Of a DNA stretch of 64,000 nucleotides, positions 33,026-44,527 are shown piece by piece. The translations under genes were made by a program, and so were the position numbers. The notes under the pieces are model-generated. The model made no database searches, had not been told where the DNA came from, and saw nothing but the letters and a program-made list of their open reading frames with translations. The stretch lies in NCBI GenBank assembly GCA_946965045.2, contig OX337233.1, positions 3,658,001-3,722,000 on the forward strand. The letters are read 5' to 3'. The stretch's first letter is position 1; every line of letters starts with the position of its first letter. The stretch comes from Epithemia pelagica. Taxonomy: Eukaryota; Protista; Bacillariophyta.

Positions 33026-34825
33026 ATGACATTGTCTGCTTCTGCTTCAGCTGCTGCTTCGGGGTTGGTGCCCTACCGGAACATTGCCGTGATTGGCATT
33101 GGATCCATGGGTGGAGGCATGGCTCGTGCTCTCATGGATGCCAATGTGTCACAAACCGTGACAGCTTACGATCATGCCACGGCCTTGGTCCAATCCTTTT
33201 TTGACGACTCGCAAGCTGCCGGCAAGGCCGCAACGCCACAAGCTCCAACCTCTCTGACAGAGGCCATTGTCGGTCATGATGCTTCGTCCAAACTGGAGAC
33301 GGATTTGGTCGTCCTGGTCTTGCAGAATGCCGCACAATGTCAAGAAGTGTGTTTTGGAACCGAAACGGACAATGCTGCCACGAAACAGAATTGTTTGAGT
33401 CATCTCTTGTCGGCCGGTGCGTGTGTGTTGGTGTGTTCGACGGTTCCGGCCGTTTGGATTCAACAGGCGGCGACTCGCTTGACGAATTCCGCTGGCATTC
33501 ATGTGGTGGATTGTCCCGTCAGTGGGGGACCCGTCCGTGCTCGCAAGGGTACTTTGAGTCTCATGGTGAGTGGCGACGATGGACCCGTCCAATTGGTCCA
33601 ACCGGCCCTGGAGGCCCTGGGCAATCAACACGAACAACCGCCGTCCACGTCGACGATTCACCGCATTTCGGGAGGTGTCGGCATGGGATCGACGGTGAAG
33701 ATGGTTCATCAATTGTTGGCCGCCATCCATGTCGTGACTGCGGCCGAAGCCTTGAGTTTGGCCGCCAAGGCTGGCTTGAATGTGTCGCAACTCTACGAGA
33801 TTGTCACGGGTGCCGCCGGCAACAGTTGGATGTTTCAAGATCGCGCGACCCGCATGATGATGGAGAGTCCCGAAAACAAGTCCTTTTTGCAAATCATGGT
33901 CAAGGATTTAAACATTGTGCATTCCGAAGCCCAGAGATTGCAATCGCCCATCCCCCTTGCCTCGACCGCCTTGCAACAATTTGCCTCGGCCATGAGTTTG
34001 GGATTGGCCAAACACGACGATTCGCAAGTCGTACAAGTGTACGAACGCATTTCCGGGGCCAAAGTGGCGGCCCATGCGGAGGCTACCACAACCACAACAG
34101 CGCTGGCGAGTGATACAAATACTAAGAACGAAAAGAAGGAGGGCACCAATGTGGGTGACTATTGGAAAATGGAAGATGGAAGCCTGGAAGAAATTGTCGA
34201 AGTGGGTATGGAACCTCGGCATAATTTGGTCTTGTCCAATCCCTATGTTCGCGCCTTAAGGGTTTCGTTTCCACCCAATGACACCACCTTGGCGCATCGT
34301 CACGATCGCGATAGTTTGTACTTTTTCTTGGTGCCCGGTCAATTGAATGTGTTGAATCACGTACAAGGTCGCGAAGCGGCCTGCGATTGCATGGGTTTTG
34401 GGGAAGTCCGATTTGGTGCTCATGCCAGTGATGGTCAACCCTTGGTCCACAAAATTACCAATCAATCCAATCAAACCATGTTGTGCATTGATGCCGAACT
34501 TGTCGCACCACCACCCTTGACGTGTCCCGTCCCCTTGATAGCCGAGCATCATACCTTGATCAAGACACGTCCCAAATGTCGCGTCTATCAACTGAAATTG
34601 GATCCCCACGAATCCGTAACAGTCTCCTATCCCTTTTTCCATTGTACCGTCGTCGTCGAAGGCGGAATGGTGAAACGACAATCCATGGTGACACCCCAAG
34701 TCCAATGGACGGAAACCCTGGAGCGAGGAGATGTGGCCTGGCACGAACCCACAGCCGTAGTACAGCGACAAACCACCAATGTCGGAACGACCACTGTCAT
34801 TGTGTACATTGCCGAATGGTGCTAA
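33026..34825 (+). CDS. NAD(P)-dependent beta-hydroxyacid dehydrogenase (3-hydroxyisobutyrate/L-threonate dehydrogenase-like) fused to a C-terminal cupin-like region
   Basis: IAVIGIGSMG, DCPVSGG, GSTVKMVHQLLAAIH, AAGNSWMF, KDL. C-terminal FPPNDTTLAHRHDRD and a second beta-rich repeat. Confidence 0.85.
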   Translation: MTLSASASAAASGLVPYRNIAVIGIGSMGGGMARALMDANVSQTVTAYDHATALVQSFFDDSQAAGKAATPQAPTSLTEAIVGHDASSKLETDLVVLVLQNAAQCQEVCFGTETDNAATKQNCLSHLLSAGACVLVCSTVPAVWIQQAATRLTNSAGIHVVDCPVSGGPVRARKGTLSLMVSGDDGPVQLVQPALEALGNQHEQPPSTSTIHRISGGVGMGSTVKMVHQLLAAIHVVTAAEALSLAAKAGLNVSQLYEIVTGAAGNSWMFQDRATRMMMESPENKSFLQIMVKDLNIVHSEAQRLQSPIPLASTALQQFASAMSLGLAKHDDSQVVQVYERISGAKVAAHAEATTTTTALASDTNTKNEKKEGTNVGDYWKMEDGSLEEIVEVGMEPRHNLVLSNPYVRALRVSFPPNDTTLAHRHDRDSLYFFLVPGQLNVLNHVQGREAACDCMGFGEVRFGAHASDGQPLVHKITNQSNQTMLCIDAELVAPPPLTCPVPLIAEHHTLIKTRPKCRVYQLKLDPHESVTVSYPFFHCTVVVEGGMVKRQSMVTPQVQWTETLERGDVAWHEPTAVVQRQTTNVGTTTVIVYIAEWC

Positions 34826-35069
34826 CAACGACCAAAAAGAGTGTGCCTCGCGAATCGAGATACAATAACCACATATACTATATATACTGTATAGAGATTG
34901 ACAGAGTCCCTTTCGAAATCATGCTTTCTTTCTATTGCGTATATGTTTCATCGAGGCAGTCTATCGGATCTTAATGGCAAGTATCGTGTTCCTTCTATTC
35001 GATGGCCTAGTATGGAGAAGATGGAGAACAGAGACAAACACGCATAGCAATAGCACGCATAGAGGCAGC

Positions 35070-35558
35070 TATGGGTCCCAACGCAGTAGAGCCTACGTAA
35101 TTTTTCCTAGTACATGACGTCACGTTTGGCATCAAGTTTGTCGCGGTGTATCGTGGCTTCACCATGGCATACCTTTCCGTCAATCTGTTTTGGGTCGTAA
35201 CCAACTTCGCTTTTCCTACCCTCGCAGACATCCATTCTATTTGTTCTATTTGACTGATTGCTGTGAGGGTAGGGAAAAACTCTCCGTCCTTCTGGCACAA
35301 AGCCTGATCGTAAATGGTCCCCTCGTCATTGCTCTGCAACAAGTGCAACGAGAGCGCAAGGATTGCGCAACAAGACCTTCGAGCGAACCGAGTCCCTCGC
35401 ACTAGTGACTAACCTAGATCTACCGTTCTAATAGAAATGGAGAGATGAAAATCGTCCAGAAAAATCCGCCATGGTCAAATTAGTCTAATGGTAATGTTCA
35501 TTTGCACTAGTGTAATAGTTGAAATTCCACGTATAAAAGCACGGCGTTGGGACCCATA
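35070..35558. mobile_element. MITE-like non-autonomous DNA transposon (~490 bp)
   Basis: Perfect 17-bp inverted repeat GCTATGGGTCCCAACGC (35068-35084 / 35544-35560). Flanks fit either a TA TSD or a GCAGC direct repeat (35065-35069 / 35559-35563). Confidence 0.65.
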
Positions 35559-35994
35559 GCAGCGTCACGCCGAAAAGAAAGGGTCACACGCGCCCCACGC
35601 GGGGAGGGAAAAAATGACCCAACAGCGCGTTTGAGACGCACAAAAAGCACAACGACAACAAGAGTACGGCTGCCGACGTAATACAACAACATAAGGAGAT
35701 TATTGGAAACCAACAACACAACAACAACAGCAACAGTGCTTGGGTCGTCGTATTACTAGAAATTGCAATACGACGACGTTCGGAGACCAACGAAGGAGAG
35801 AAAAGCCCAACGAGACTGTGAATCGTGTCGTGCCGAGCAAGACACAAAAGACAAAGAGCCTTGCCGATTCCAAGAGAAGAAAGTTGTTGTTTGATTGATT
35901 GATTGGGGGACACGTTGCGACGTTTGACGTTGTTCACGTGGAATATTATTGACACTCGAAACGGAATACTCGTTGAAGCTGCAGATACGTCAAG

Positions 35995-36937
35995 ATGATG
36001 GTTGGATCCGATGAAGATGGCTCTGGAGCATCGTCTCCCTCGGCCAAACTCGAACAAACATCGGCGAACCGTAAGTTGTTATTATTATTGTCTGTGGTGA
36101 TTCGAGAAACTCTTTGATAGACCCATGAACGGCACAGCAATCGATGTGGCTGCTGGGTTTATATATGTGGAAGAGAAAGATATGGATGCAGGATGCAAGC
36201 CAATTTACGAGGACTCACGTTTGTCACTTTGTGTGTGCTTCTATATCGCTTGTTTTTGCATCGGTCTGGTCGGTGATTGCAATTTGCGGTTAAATCAATC
36301 TTTCCAAACACTTCTGCCGATTGATGCAACGCGGCGACATTCCTGGATTGCTTTCTATTATACAAAACACCTCACAGTCAAACGCGCCTTTCAATATTGG
36401 TTGGACAAATCGACAATTCACGTTGTACCAAGATGGATTGGTTTTACCGTATTGTTGGCCCTCTTCTTTTTGCGAGTCTATTTGATACAAGGCTTTTTCA
36501 TTGTGGCCTACGGCTTGGGAATTTACTTGCTCAACAATTTCATTGCCTTTCTCAGTCCACTCGAGGAACCCAGCACGGCCAGTCGATACGAAACGAGTAA
36601 TGACGATGGTCTATCCTTGCCCGGTACCGCACGAGAAGGCCGAGAATTTCGTCCCTTTGCTCGTCGATTGCCGGAATTCAAATTTTGGTTGGCGTGTACA
36701 CGAGGATGTTGCACCTGTTTGGTCATGACCTTTTTTAGTATTTTTGATGTCCCCGTCTTTTGGCCCATATTGCTGCTCTACTTTTTTGTCCTCTTCTTCA
36801 TGACCATGAAACGACAAATTCTACACATGTACAAACACAAATACGTACCCATCTCCTTTGGTAAGGCCAAGTACAAGGATGCCGGAGTGGAACATGGCGC
36901 CTATGGGGGAGGCATGTCCACCCACAAGGGAAAATAA
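35995..36937 (+). CDS. RER1: ER retrieval protein RER1: join(35995..36070,36378..36937)
   Basis: QYWLDKSTIH, RW, FFIVAYGLGIYLLNNFIAFLSP, EFRPFARRLPEFKFW, FDVPVFWPILLLYF, MKRQILHMYKHKY. One GTAAGT...CAG intron in frame. Confidence 0.93.
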
Positions 36938-37287
36938 GAATCTATACCGTGTGCAACAGGAGAACTAAACAAAAAAGGGAATGGCAATCGATCCAGGAAC
37001 TTTTTTACGACGCCATGTGTGCGATCCAACGACCATCAACACACATGAACCAACTGGAAAGAAAATGAACAGGAGCCACCCGCAAAGAACTATAATACTA
37101 GGAAAAGTACTATACAAGAGATTTGGTTTAGGAACAAAGACCACCATTCGTGGGTCGTTGCTCGATTCGGAACTTTCTTGTTTTCTTGGTTTGCTCCAAA
37201 CAAGGGAGGAAACAAAAGGCACGAACACTCTATATATGGAATTGTATATAGCAAACCGACAGCGACTCGTTCGGGGGTGGTGTTCGA

Positions 37288-39312
37288 TTAACGACGAAAC
37301 CGTGATTTGGACTTTGACGTCTTTGGTTGCTGGTTGCCATTCTTCTTGTCGTTGGATTCGGACAAGGACAATGCCGATGTGAACAAGAGTCGCGGGAGTT
37401 GGGCCGCAGGATTGCGGGCATCACTAGTCCCTTGCAAGCCATAATAGGACAAGAGCGCCATCCGAGCGACATTGGCATTGTAATAATACGGTGGTTGCTC
37501 GGACGACGATTGTTGCTGCAGTGTTTGTGGGATGGGAACCTTGCTGCTGCTCGTAGTGAAGGGTCCGCCGTCTGGCCCCGTCGAGGGTGGTGTCGCTGCC
37601 GTTGCCATGACTTGAATCCATTCGTGCAACGCGTGTTCCAACTCGACACGAGTACTACAAGCGGGTGATCCAATCAATCGATCCCGACAGGCTTCTTGTA
37701 AGACTTGCCACGAACATGGGGGAGGTATTGTCGTCGTTGTCGTAGGCGTGGCTCTTGGACTACGGGTGGTACCACTCGCCTTGTCTTGTTGTTGTTGTTC
37801 TTCTTCTTCTTCCAACAATAAGCGCCGTCGTTCTTGGCCATAGGTTTGGGGAAACAATTCGTGCACGACCGAATCGTAATTTTGCAGAACGAATCGATCG
37901 GCTTGTTCCAAATTTTGCAAATGCGTCACCAATTGTCCACGGACCAAAAAATGAGGTGTGAATTGCGACAAGAATCCACCCCCACCACCCCCCGGAACCA
38001 CGAGTTGGGACAAGCCCCGAACGACTGGTTTGGGCAAGGTTCCCAACCGTTGTTCCAATCGCGTAAAGTCGTGTGTGGTACGAACCAAAAAGGGTCTCAC
38101 GTACTGTTGGAGCAATCGAGCCGGCCCCGAATCCGTAGTAGGAGTCGATTTTTGACCGACCATCAACCAATCGGCAATGCCTTGATTGAGCGATTGAATG
38201 GATTGTCGTCGTTGTTCTTGTTGTTTGCGTCCAAAAATGTTGAGTTTGGCCAGGGCTGGAATTTCCCGCGCATCCTTTTCCAATTGCAACAAGGTTTCGA
38301 CAATCAAGGTGGATCGTTGACGAGCCAGTTTCTCCCCCATACTCTCCACTTTGTGGTTGGTATTAGTAGACCGGACCATGGGAGCGGCCGCAGCACTACT
38401 GGTTTGTGGTTGTGTGGGTTCCGGTTCCACGTCCGGTGGCAGTTGCAAGGGAGAGGGCAACAAGTCGGGATTGAACATGAGCATGTAGGGCAAAATTTTG
38501 GGTGCCCCAAAGGATAAAAAACACAAATTGAGTAATTTGCTTCGATCTTGTTTGCCCTTTTGCAAAAACACAAAGTCGGCATAGGAAATACCACCAACCA
38601 ATTGATCCAATTCTTGATTCAAGAGTTTGGTTCGACGTTTTTGCAACTGTTCCGCGTCCACACTTGTAGCAGGAGTACGATCGACGACGGCATCAAAGTA
38701 TCCCTTGGCTTGCCAGTCGCGTCGAATTTGATTCCGATAGGCCTTGATTTGCGCTCGAAGGTCATTGCATTTGCCATGATTGGTCCACATGGTTTTGCAA
38801 CCCACAACGGTGCGAACCATGGAATCTTTGAGGTAGGTGGCCAATTGAATCACTGGATTTTTCCTTGGTTCCGTATGAGTTGCATCGTTGGGGACCACGA
38901 GAGTCGCCGCAGGTGGCACAGTCATGGTGGTGGAGGGTGTCACTGTGCTCGTACTACTAGTACTACTACAGAGCATGGTAGTGGAGGGCGAAAACGACGG
39001 CAAAGAAGAAGAAAAGGACAGTACGGAAGCACGTGGCACTCGTTGGACGTTGTTCCAAGCCCTTCTGGAGCTGGTTGTGCTTGTCTTTCGTGGCTTGGAG
39101 GAGGAGGATATTCCAGTCGTCGCATCACCCACGGGAAAAGAAGCAGCAGCAGAAGAAGAAGATGCCTCGACCAAACCAGTGCCACTCGTCATCCCTACGA
39201 ATAATAGCATCAGCATCATCCAAACAAGATTGGTCCGCACGGATCGACTCCCGGTTAATGTCAAGGAGGATGCCTTGTTGTTTCTTTGTTCCACATGCAT
39301 TGTTTCCTCCAT
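37288..39312 (-). CDS. Hypothetical protein with an N-terminal hydrophobic segment, possibly organelle-targeted (LETM1-like region suspected)
   Basis: Long ORF. Hydrophobic helix followed by an S/T-rich stretch. The central ISYADFVFLQKGKQDRSKL...YMLMFNPDLLPS looks like a conserved domain. Start codon uncertain. Confidence 0.6.
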   Translation of the reverse strand: MEETMHVEQRNNKASSLTLTGSRSVRTNLVWMMLMLLFVGMTSGTGLVEASSSSAAASFPVGDATTGISSSSKPRKTSTTSSRRAWNNVQRVPRASVLSFSSSLPSFSPSTTMLCSSTSSTSTVTPSTTMTVPPAATLVVPNDATHTEPRKNPVIQLATYLKDSMVRTVVGCKTMWTNHGKCNDLRAQIKAYRNQIRRDWQAKGYFDAVVDRTPATSVDAEQLQKRRTKLLNQELDQLVGGISYADFVFLQKGKQDRSKLLNLCFLSFGAPKILPYMLMFNPDLLPSPLQLPPDVEPEPTQPQTSSAAAAPMVRSTNTNHKVESMGEKLARQRSTLIVETLLQLEKDAREIPALAKLNIFGRKQQEQRRQSIQSLNQGIADWLMVGQKSTPTTDSGPARLLQQYVRPFLVRTTHDFTRLEQRLGTLPKPVVRGLSQLVVPGGGGGGFLSQFTPHFLVRGQLVTHLQNLEQADRFVLQNYDSVVHELFPQTYGQERRRLLLEEEEEQQQQDKASGTTRSPRATPTTTTTIPPPCSWQVLQEACRDRLIGSPACSTRVELEHALHEWIQVMATAATPPSTGPDGGPFTTSSSKVPIPQTLQQQSSSEQPPYYYNANVARMALLSYYGLQGTSDARNPAAQLPRLLFTSALSLSESNDKKNGNQQPKTSKSKSRFRR

Positions 39313-39949
39313 TGCTCCGCTGGACTTTTCTTTTCCGTTCGACGACCCTTGTGTGTATACCAGCAACCAAAGATTTTCTCTCTGTGGTCCTTTTTGTTAC
39401 AGCAATTCGTCGATTCCTCCCTGGAGAATCGAAAACTATTGTCTGATAGAGTTATACACCCACCAACCCTCGAATAGAAAGAAACACCCCTTTGCACTCT
39501 CTAGAGAACCGTCCCTTGGTTCTCTACCTCGATCGTTGCAATGGGGAGAGAATCTTTCTGGATGTTGGCACCTGAATGCATCCATCATCGATGTGTGGTG
39601 GTCAATCGTGGCGTCCGTTGTGCTTCCACGTGTCCACTTTTAGTCGCTCAATCTGGTCGCGTAACCGGGTCGCACAAAATATAGTCGCGGATGAGTCGAT
39701 TACACGAACACGTCACAGTTCCAGAAAAAGGTGGATTGGAAGGAAGGTTCGAGAACCATTCAAAGACCATTGACGACAAGAACCATGATGTGTCATAAAA
39801 CCACCCTCAAGACCTGTTCGGAACGATAAACCCAAAGAACGAGAGATTCCCAACTCACGACGACGAACACCGACAAGTCTCTTCATCACCGGCAAGACCT
39901 CCGTTCCATACAGGCAAACGGTCCACAAGAATACTACACACAGGTAGCC

Positions 39950-40843
39950 ATGACGACGACGACGACGGCGACAAGGAAGGATTCCCACGACGAGATGGAC
40001 GCGACGACAACGACCGACGAATCGAAGCGAAACATGTTGTCTGTGTCGCGATTGCAACGATGGAGTGAAATGTGGAAGGACCACCATACACCCTGGCAAA
40101 ATCAAGAGGTGCATCCCATTTTGCCCGCCGTCGGACACTTGATTGGACTGCCAGCACCCGCCACAGCAGAGTCCTCCTCCTCCACCACCAAGAACGAGAC
40201 TACTACTACTTTCCTGTCCTCCCCGAACCAACGTCGAGTGTTGGTACCCCTGTGTGGCAAAACGGTGGACCTGGCCTTTTTGGCGCACCACGAGAATGTG
40301 TCCCAAGTGGTTGGTGTCGATGGGATTGGTCAAGCCTTTGACGAATTTCAACACGAACACCCCAAATTACATGTTCAAGCACCAACAACTACAAATTCCG
40401 ACCAAAACGACGACTTATTTCGGAAATGGAAGGGGAACAAGTTGGAATTGTGGGAGGGTGACTTTTTTCACTTGCTCGACCAGGACATGGAACACAATAA
40501 GGACCATGGCGTCTTTGATTTGATTGTGGATCGCGGTTCCTTGGTGGCCATTGATCCGTCCTTGCGGGATCAGTACTTGGAGATTGTGGGACGTTCGTTG
40601 CGACCCCACACGGGACAGTGGCTCTTGGTGGTGGTGGAACGGAACAATGCCATTCCCCACAATCGTACCCAAGGACCTCCCCATCATTTCGACCATGCCG
40701 ATTTGGAACGGCTCTTGGCCAAGCACGAATGGGTCGGCTCGATTCAAGCCCTGAATGATCCCCAACTGCAACTGAATATTCCTGCCGACCCCGGCAATAA
40801 CGACCGATTCGTATCCACCTACTATCTCATTCAAGCCAAGTAA
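39950..40843 (+). CDS. Thiopurine S-methyltransferase (TPMT)-family SAM-dependent methyltransferase
   Basis: W...HTPW, RVLVPLCGKTVDL, VVGVD, LWEGDFF, FDLIVDRGSLVAIDP, GPPH. Confidence 0.9.
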   Translation: MTTTTTATRKDSHDEMDATTTTDESKRNMLSVSRLQRWSEMWKDHHTPWQNQEVHPILPAVGHLIGLPAPATAESSSSTTKNETTTTFLSSPNQRRVLVPLCGKTVDLAFLAHHENVSQVVGVDGIGQAFDEFQHEHPKLHVQAPTTTNSDQNDDLFRKWKGNKLELWEGDFFHLLDQDMEHNKDHGVFDLIVDRGSLVAIDPSLRDQYLEIVGRSLRPHTGQWLLVVVERNNAIPHNRTQGPPHHFDHADLERLLAKHEWVGSIQALNDPQLQLNIPADPGNNDRFVSTYYLIQAK

Positions 40844-41574
40844 TTATTCGAATGGAGACAAGAACCATGTCCAAAAACCGACCAACCAGACAAGAAACAA
40901 ACGAGAAAACCAAAGCAACAAGGACACACAAGGAAACACAAGAGTCCCAACCACCGACTTGAAACCACGCCGCCATCACTGCCACGACGAAACACTGTAT
41001 AGAGGGGGATGCGAACCACAGAAACGACAGCAGTGTTGGAGGGTGTGATTTATTGCACAAAGGGATCGAGTGTGTATTCCATCCTATTATACTCTCCACC
41101 CAACTCCAGGTATTAGTGGAACTCTTCCCATGGAACGGATTGTAGACCAGTCCCTAGTAAACTTCCTGCCTACCTATTAGTTTTTCAATCGACCGATGCC
41201 ATGTCGCCAAATCAATGGATCCATGACACACACCTGCCCTTCGAAAACGCGCACGGCAACGTCGTTCGATCCAACCAACCAACCATCATTTCGTTAGTCT
41301 CTATAATTTACTGGTGTTGGTTTCGAATCCATTCCCCTGAACTATACTGTGGTTTTTTTTTCGCAACAAAACAACAGTCAAGACTGGCCCACACAAGCCC
41401 ACGTCACAGCTACAAACATGTTCACGAGCTCCTCCCCCGGACGGTTCTCTCTTGAGTATATGTATGTATGTTTGTCTGTATCTGTAGGTATACACATGTG
41501 TCGAGTGTTCTCCAGCCCGTTTCGTCCGTGTGTGTCGTTGTTCTGGTCCTGGGTATTGTTGTTCTGTAACTCTT

Positions 41575-44076
41575 TTACGAAATGGCCGTTCCATTGAGAA
41601 TGGAGAGGGCAATTCGTTCTCGACATTGCGTGACATGGCTTTGATCAAACAAGAGTGGATTGTTGGTGGAACAAAAATCCAAAAACATGCAGGTAAAGAC
41701 TCCGCAGTCGTACCCATTCAATTGGCGCGGGGTCGATTCCACTTGACACGGCACCAACTTCCAGTCCTCCAAGTTAGGCAGGGGACTTTTTTTCTTGTCC
41801 AAGTGTTCATCTTGCAAATATTGAAAAATAAATTCCACATAGTCCATACCGGCCGATCCCAAGGAATCATAAAATTGAATCCGACGGTCCTGCATATAGG
41901 CCACGGCACACACCCAATGGACACCACCCTGATTAATGGGGAACAAAACCTTGTCCAATCCAAAAATATCCTTGCCGGGCACCTTTTTGGACCATCGTTT
42001 GACTTGTTTGTAATCGTACTGACCTTCCTTGGTGGCATGGCCCACTTGGAGCAATTTGGAAAAGAAGAAGGATTTGAAAAAGTGACAACGGCGCCGTTTC
42101 TCACCGTCTGCGGCGGCTGCTTCGCACAGTGCTTGATCGCGACGACTCAGGACGGTCAAGAAAAAGTGCAAAACTTCATCATTCAACCACTGGCCGGGTG
42201 CCAAGCGTTGAAAGGATTCGCGTTGGACCGAATCGGATTCGACTTGGGCAATAATATCCGTCGCCTGACCCGTGCGGCCATACAAAATGGCATGGACCCG
42301 TTGGGTTTCCTCCGGGGTCAGTGGCCGCAACAATTGACGCGCCTTTTCTTGAGCGGCCCGTTCTTCCAATTCCAATTGTTTCCGCGTCTCTTCTTGTTCC
42401 AATTCCTGAGCAACTTGCGTCACACCCATGGTCTCGTGTCGTTGTTGGACCAAGACATGTTGCTCTTGCAAATATCGTAGGACAAAGGCTTGATCGGCGC
42501 GATCCAACTTGTGCCAAATGCGATCCGTGGGAGGAGTGTCGTCGTCGGTCGTTGTCGTTGTCGTGGTATCCAGTTGTTGCAACTGGTCCAACAAGGCATT
42601 CATGGTATTCGTATCGTCCTCGTCCTCCATCGTCTTGTCGTCCATTTTGGTTTCCTTGGTCTGGTCTCTTGTCATCGTCGTCGTCGTTGCCGTGTCACGG
42701 TTCTTTTTCTTCTTCTTGTTGTTGTTGGCCTTGGCCAAGAGGGACACTGGTACTTGGCCCGTTTCGTCCCAGTCGTCGTCGTCGTGACGCATGATGGTGG
42801 ATTGTGGTCGTGGTTGTGCGGCTCGTCGTGGTTGGAATGTGGGCGGCGGTTCCGACTGCATAACCAATCGCGGCCACAACTTGGCTTGTGCCAAGAGTCC
42901 CAATTTGTGCAACAAGGATCGTTGGGTATACAAGGCTCGTCGACCGTCGCGTGAAAAGTCCTGCAACCATTCGGCATTCGTTTGACTGGTAGTAGTAGTA
43001 GTCTTACTTGTGGCCTGGGTATCCCAAAAGTCAAAATAACGAGACAACAAGGCACTCTGTTGGGCTTCTTGCCAGGTTCGAATCACGGTCGTGGAACTGG
43101 CCGCGTGCTCGAGCAAGGTTTCCAAGACGTGCAAAAATTGGTATTTCCGGGCCGTCACAGCCGTACTATTTTGGTTCTGGTGGTGATAGTGGTTGCGAGT
43201 CGTCGCACGAGGAATGCGTTTACCGCCGCTGCCGGAGGATACCGAATTGTTATTATTATAGGCGATCAAGAAACGCCACGACAACCTCTTTTTGGTGGTA
43301 CCATTTTCCTCCTCCCACACGTCGTTGTCCTCTTCTTCTTGTTGCTGCAACGAGCTGGTACTGTACAAATCGCACACCCACGGACTGGCTTGCAAGGCTT
43401 GAACAATCTCCAACACGGTACAACCACTCTTACCATTAAAAGGCGTACGATCCAACAATTGATTGACCACCACCAAGCGCATGCCCTCTGTCGTTTCCTC
43501 ATCCAATAAGAGCTTTGGAATCGTTGTGGTTGTTTTTGTTGTTGATGTGGTGGTGGTGGAATGGTCCATGGCATTCTTGTCTTCCTTGGAACGAATCGAA
43601 CGACGTCCTGGTCGTCGTCCTTGAAAATACAAGTCTTCGGGCATAGGAGCTCGGTTCCAATGGGTCGAGGAGGAGGATCGCATCCGCCAACGCCGTCGTT
43701 CCACATTGTGACGGTGGATTCGTTTTCGCTGGCCGTCTGTCAAGAGTGATTGCCGATCATTTTCAGTGTCTAACTCATTGTCGCTGTCGTCATCATTGTC
43801 GTCGTCATGAAGATTCTTTGGGTCGTCGTCCAACCAGCGTCGTGGATCGACCTGCAAACTCCGCCGTCTCCGACGACGACTCGCATCACTCGAAACACTG
43901 GGAGGAGGCGACTTGATGACTTGCACCCGTTTGTGAGGCACCAACGGTTTCCAATCCGCTGCAGCAGTAGTAGTAGACGCTCCACTCGTACTGCTCCTCT
44001 TTCGTTTGGTGCTAGTGTAGCGCCACGGGTGGTTGGGACCGGAGTGTCGTCGTTGCCATTCCTCCAATCGTGTCAT
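41575..44076 (-). CDS. SUMO-specific protease (Ulp1/SENP, peptidase C48) with a long low-complexity N-terminus
   Basis: WLNDEVLHFF, FFFSKL, YKQVKRWSKK, PINQGGVHW (His), FYDSLG (Asp), QLNGYDCGVF (Gln/Cys). Confidence 0.92.
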   Translation of the reverse strand: MTRLEEWQRRHSGPNHPWRYTSTKRKRSSTSGASTTTAAADWKPLVPHKRVQVIKSPPPSVSSDASRRRRRRSLQVDPRRWLDDDPKNLHDDDNDDDSDNELDTENDRQSLLTDGQRKRIHRHNVERRRWRMRSSSSTHWNRAPMPEDLYFQGRRPGRRSIRSKEDKNAMDHSTTTTSTTKTTTTIPKLLLDEETTEGMRLVVVNQLLDRTPFNGKSGCTVLEIVQALQASPWVCDLYSTSSLQQQEEEDNDVWEEENGTTKKRLSWRFLIAYNNNNSVSSGSGGKRIPRATTRNHYHHQNQNSTAVTARKYQFLHVLETLLEHAASSTTVIRTWQEAQQSALLSRYFDFWDTQATSKTTTTTSQTNAEWLQDFSRDGRRALYTQRSLLHKLGLLAQAKLWPRLVMQSEPPPTFQPRRAAQPRPQSTIMRHDDDDWDETGQVPVSLLAKANNNKKKKKNRDTATTTTMTRDQTKETKMDDKTMEDEDDTNTMNALLDQLQQLDTTTTTTTDDDTPPTDRIWHKLDRADQAFVLRYLQEQHVLVQQRHETMGVTQVAQELEQEETRKQLELEERAAQEKARQLLRPLTPEETQRVHAILYGRTGQATDIIAQVESDSVQRESFQRLAPGQWLNDEVLHFFLTVLSRRDQALCEAAAADGEKRRRCHFFKSFFFSKLLQVGHATKEGQYDYKQVKRWSKKVPGKDIFGLDKVLFPINQGGVHWVCAVAYMQDRRIQFYDSLGSAGMDYVEFIFQYLQDEHLDKKKSPLPNLEDWKLVPCQVESTPRQLNGYDCGVFTCMFLDFCSTNNPLLFDQSHVTQCRERIALSILNGTAIS

Positions 44077-44261
44077 GATACTGGAATGATAATTGCAGCA
44101 GTTGTATTAGTTGGGATAATTCCAGATACATAAATCCAAAGAAGACCACTTTGAAACAATGCGTGGTCGATTCGTTCTGTGGTCTCCTCCTTTCTACACT
44201 TTTTGTCAAGGGCTCATGGCCGCTGTCCAAAGTCCAAACCAAAAACCACAAATGGGACGAA

Positions 44262-44291
44262 CTGCTCTGCGCGCGAGCCATGCGCGTGGCG
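44262..44291 (-). promoter_or_regulatory. Conserved upstream motif shared by SENP and all five Kelch genes
   Basis: CGCCACGCGCATGGCTCGCGCGCAGAGCAG is 28/30 identical to 19134-19163. Variants at 16901, 25513, ~48174-48192 (minus) and ~52047-52065 (minus). Always ~130-200 bp upstream of an ATG and in the gene's orientation. Confidence 0.6.
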
Positions 44292-44527
44292 TGCCATTCA
44301 CTCCTTTGGTTTGGGTCGCATATAGGCTCGCATGGATCCGCCCCTCTTTTTCGGGGGTAATTCAAAATGAGGGGGGTGGTCTTGACCAATGACACCACTT
44401 TCATTTTTGTTCTGTTGTCGTCGTCTCCCACCATTCCAACACTCATTCATTAATTCCTGGAAGTCTTAGTCCCTCTCTGGTCGTTCTCTCATCCTCATTC
44501 GTATCATCATCATCATCATCATACAAA

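Noticed and set aside
41530-42480. 316-aa plus-strand ORF and similar antisense ORFs (e.g. 37834-38517, 16046-16738, 62584-63360, 33149-33892)
   Set aside because: They are shadows on the opposite strand of well-supported genes and have no motifs of their own.
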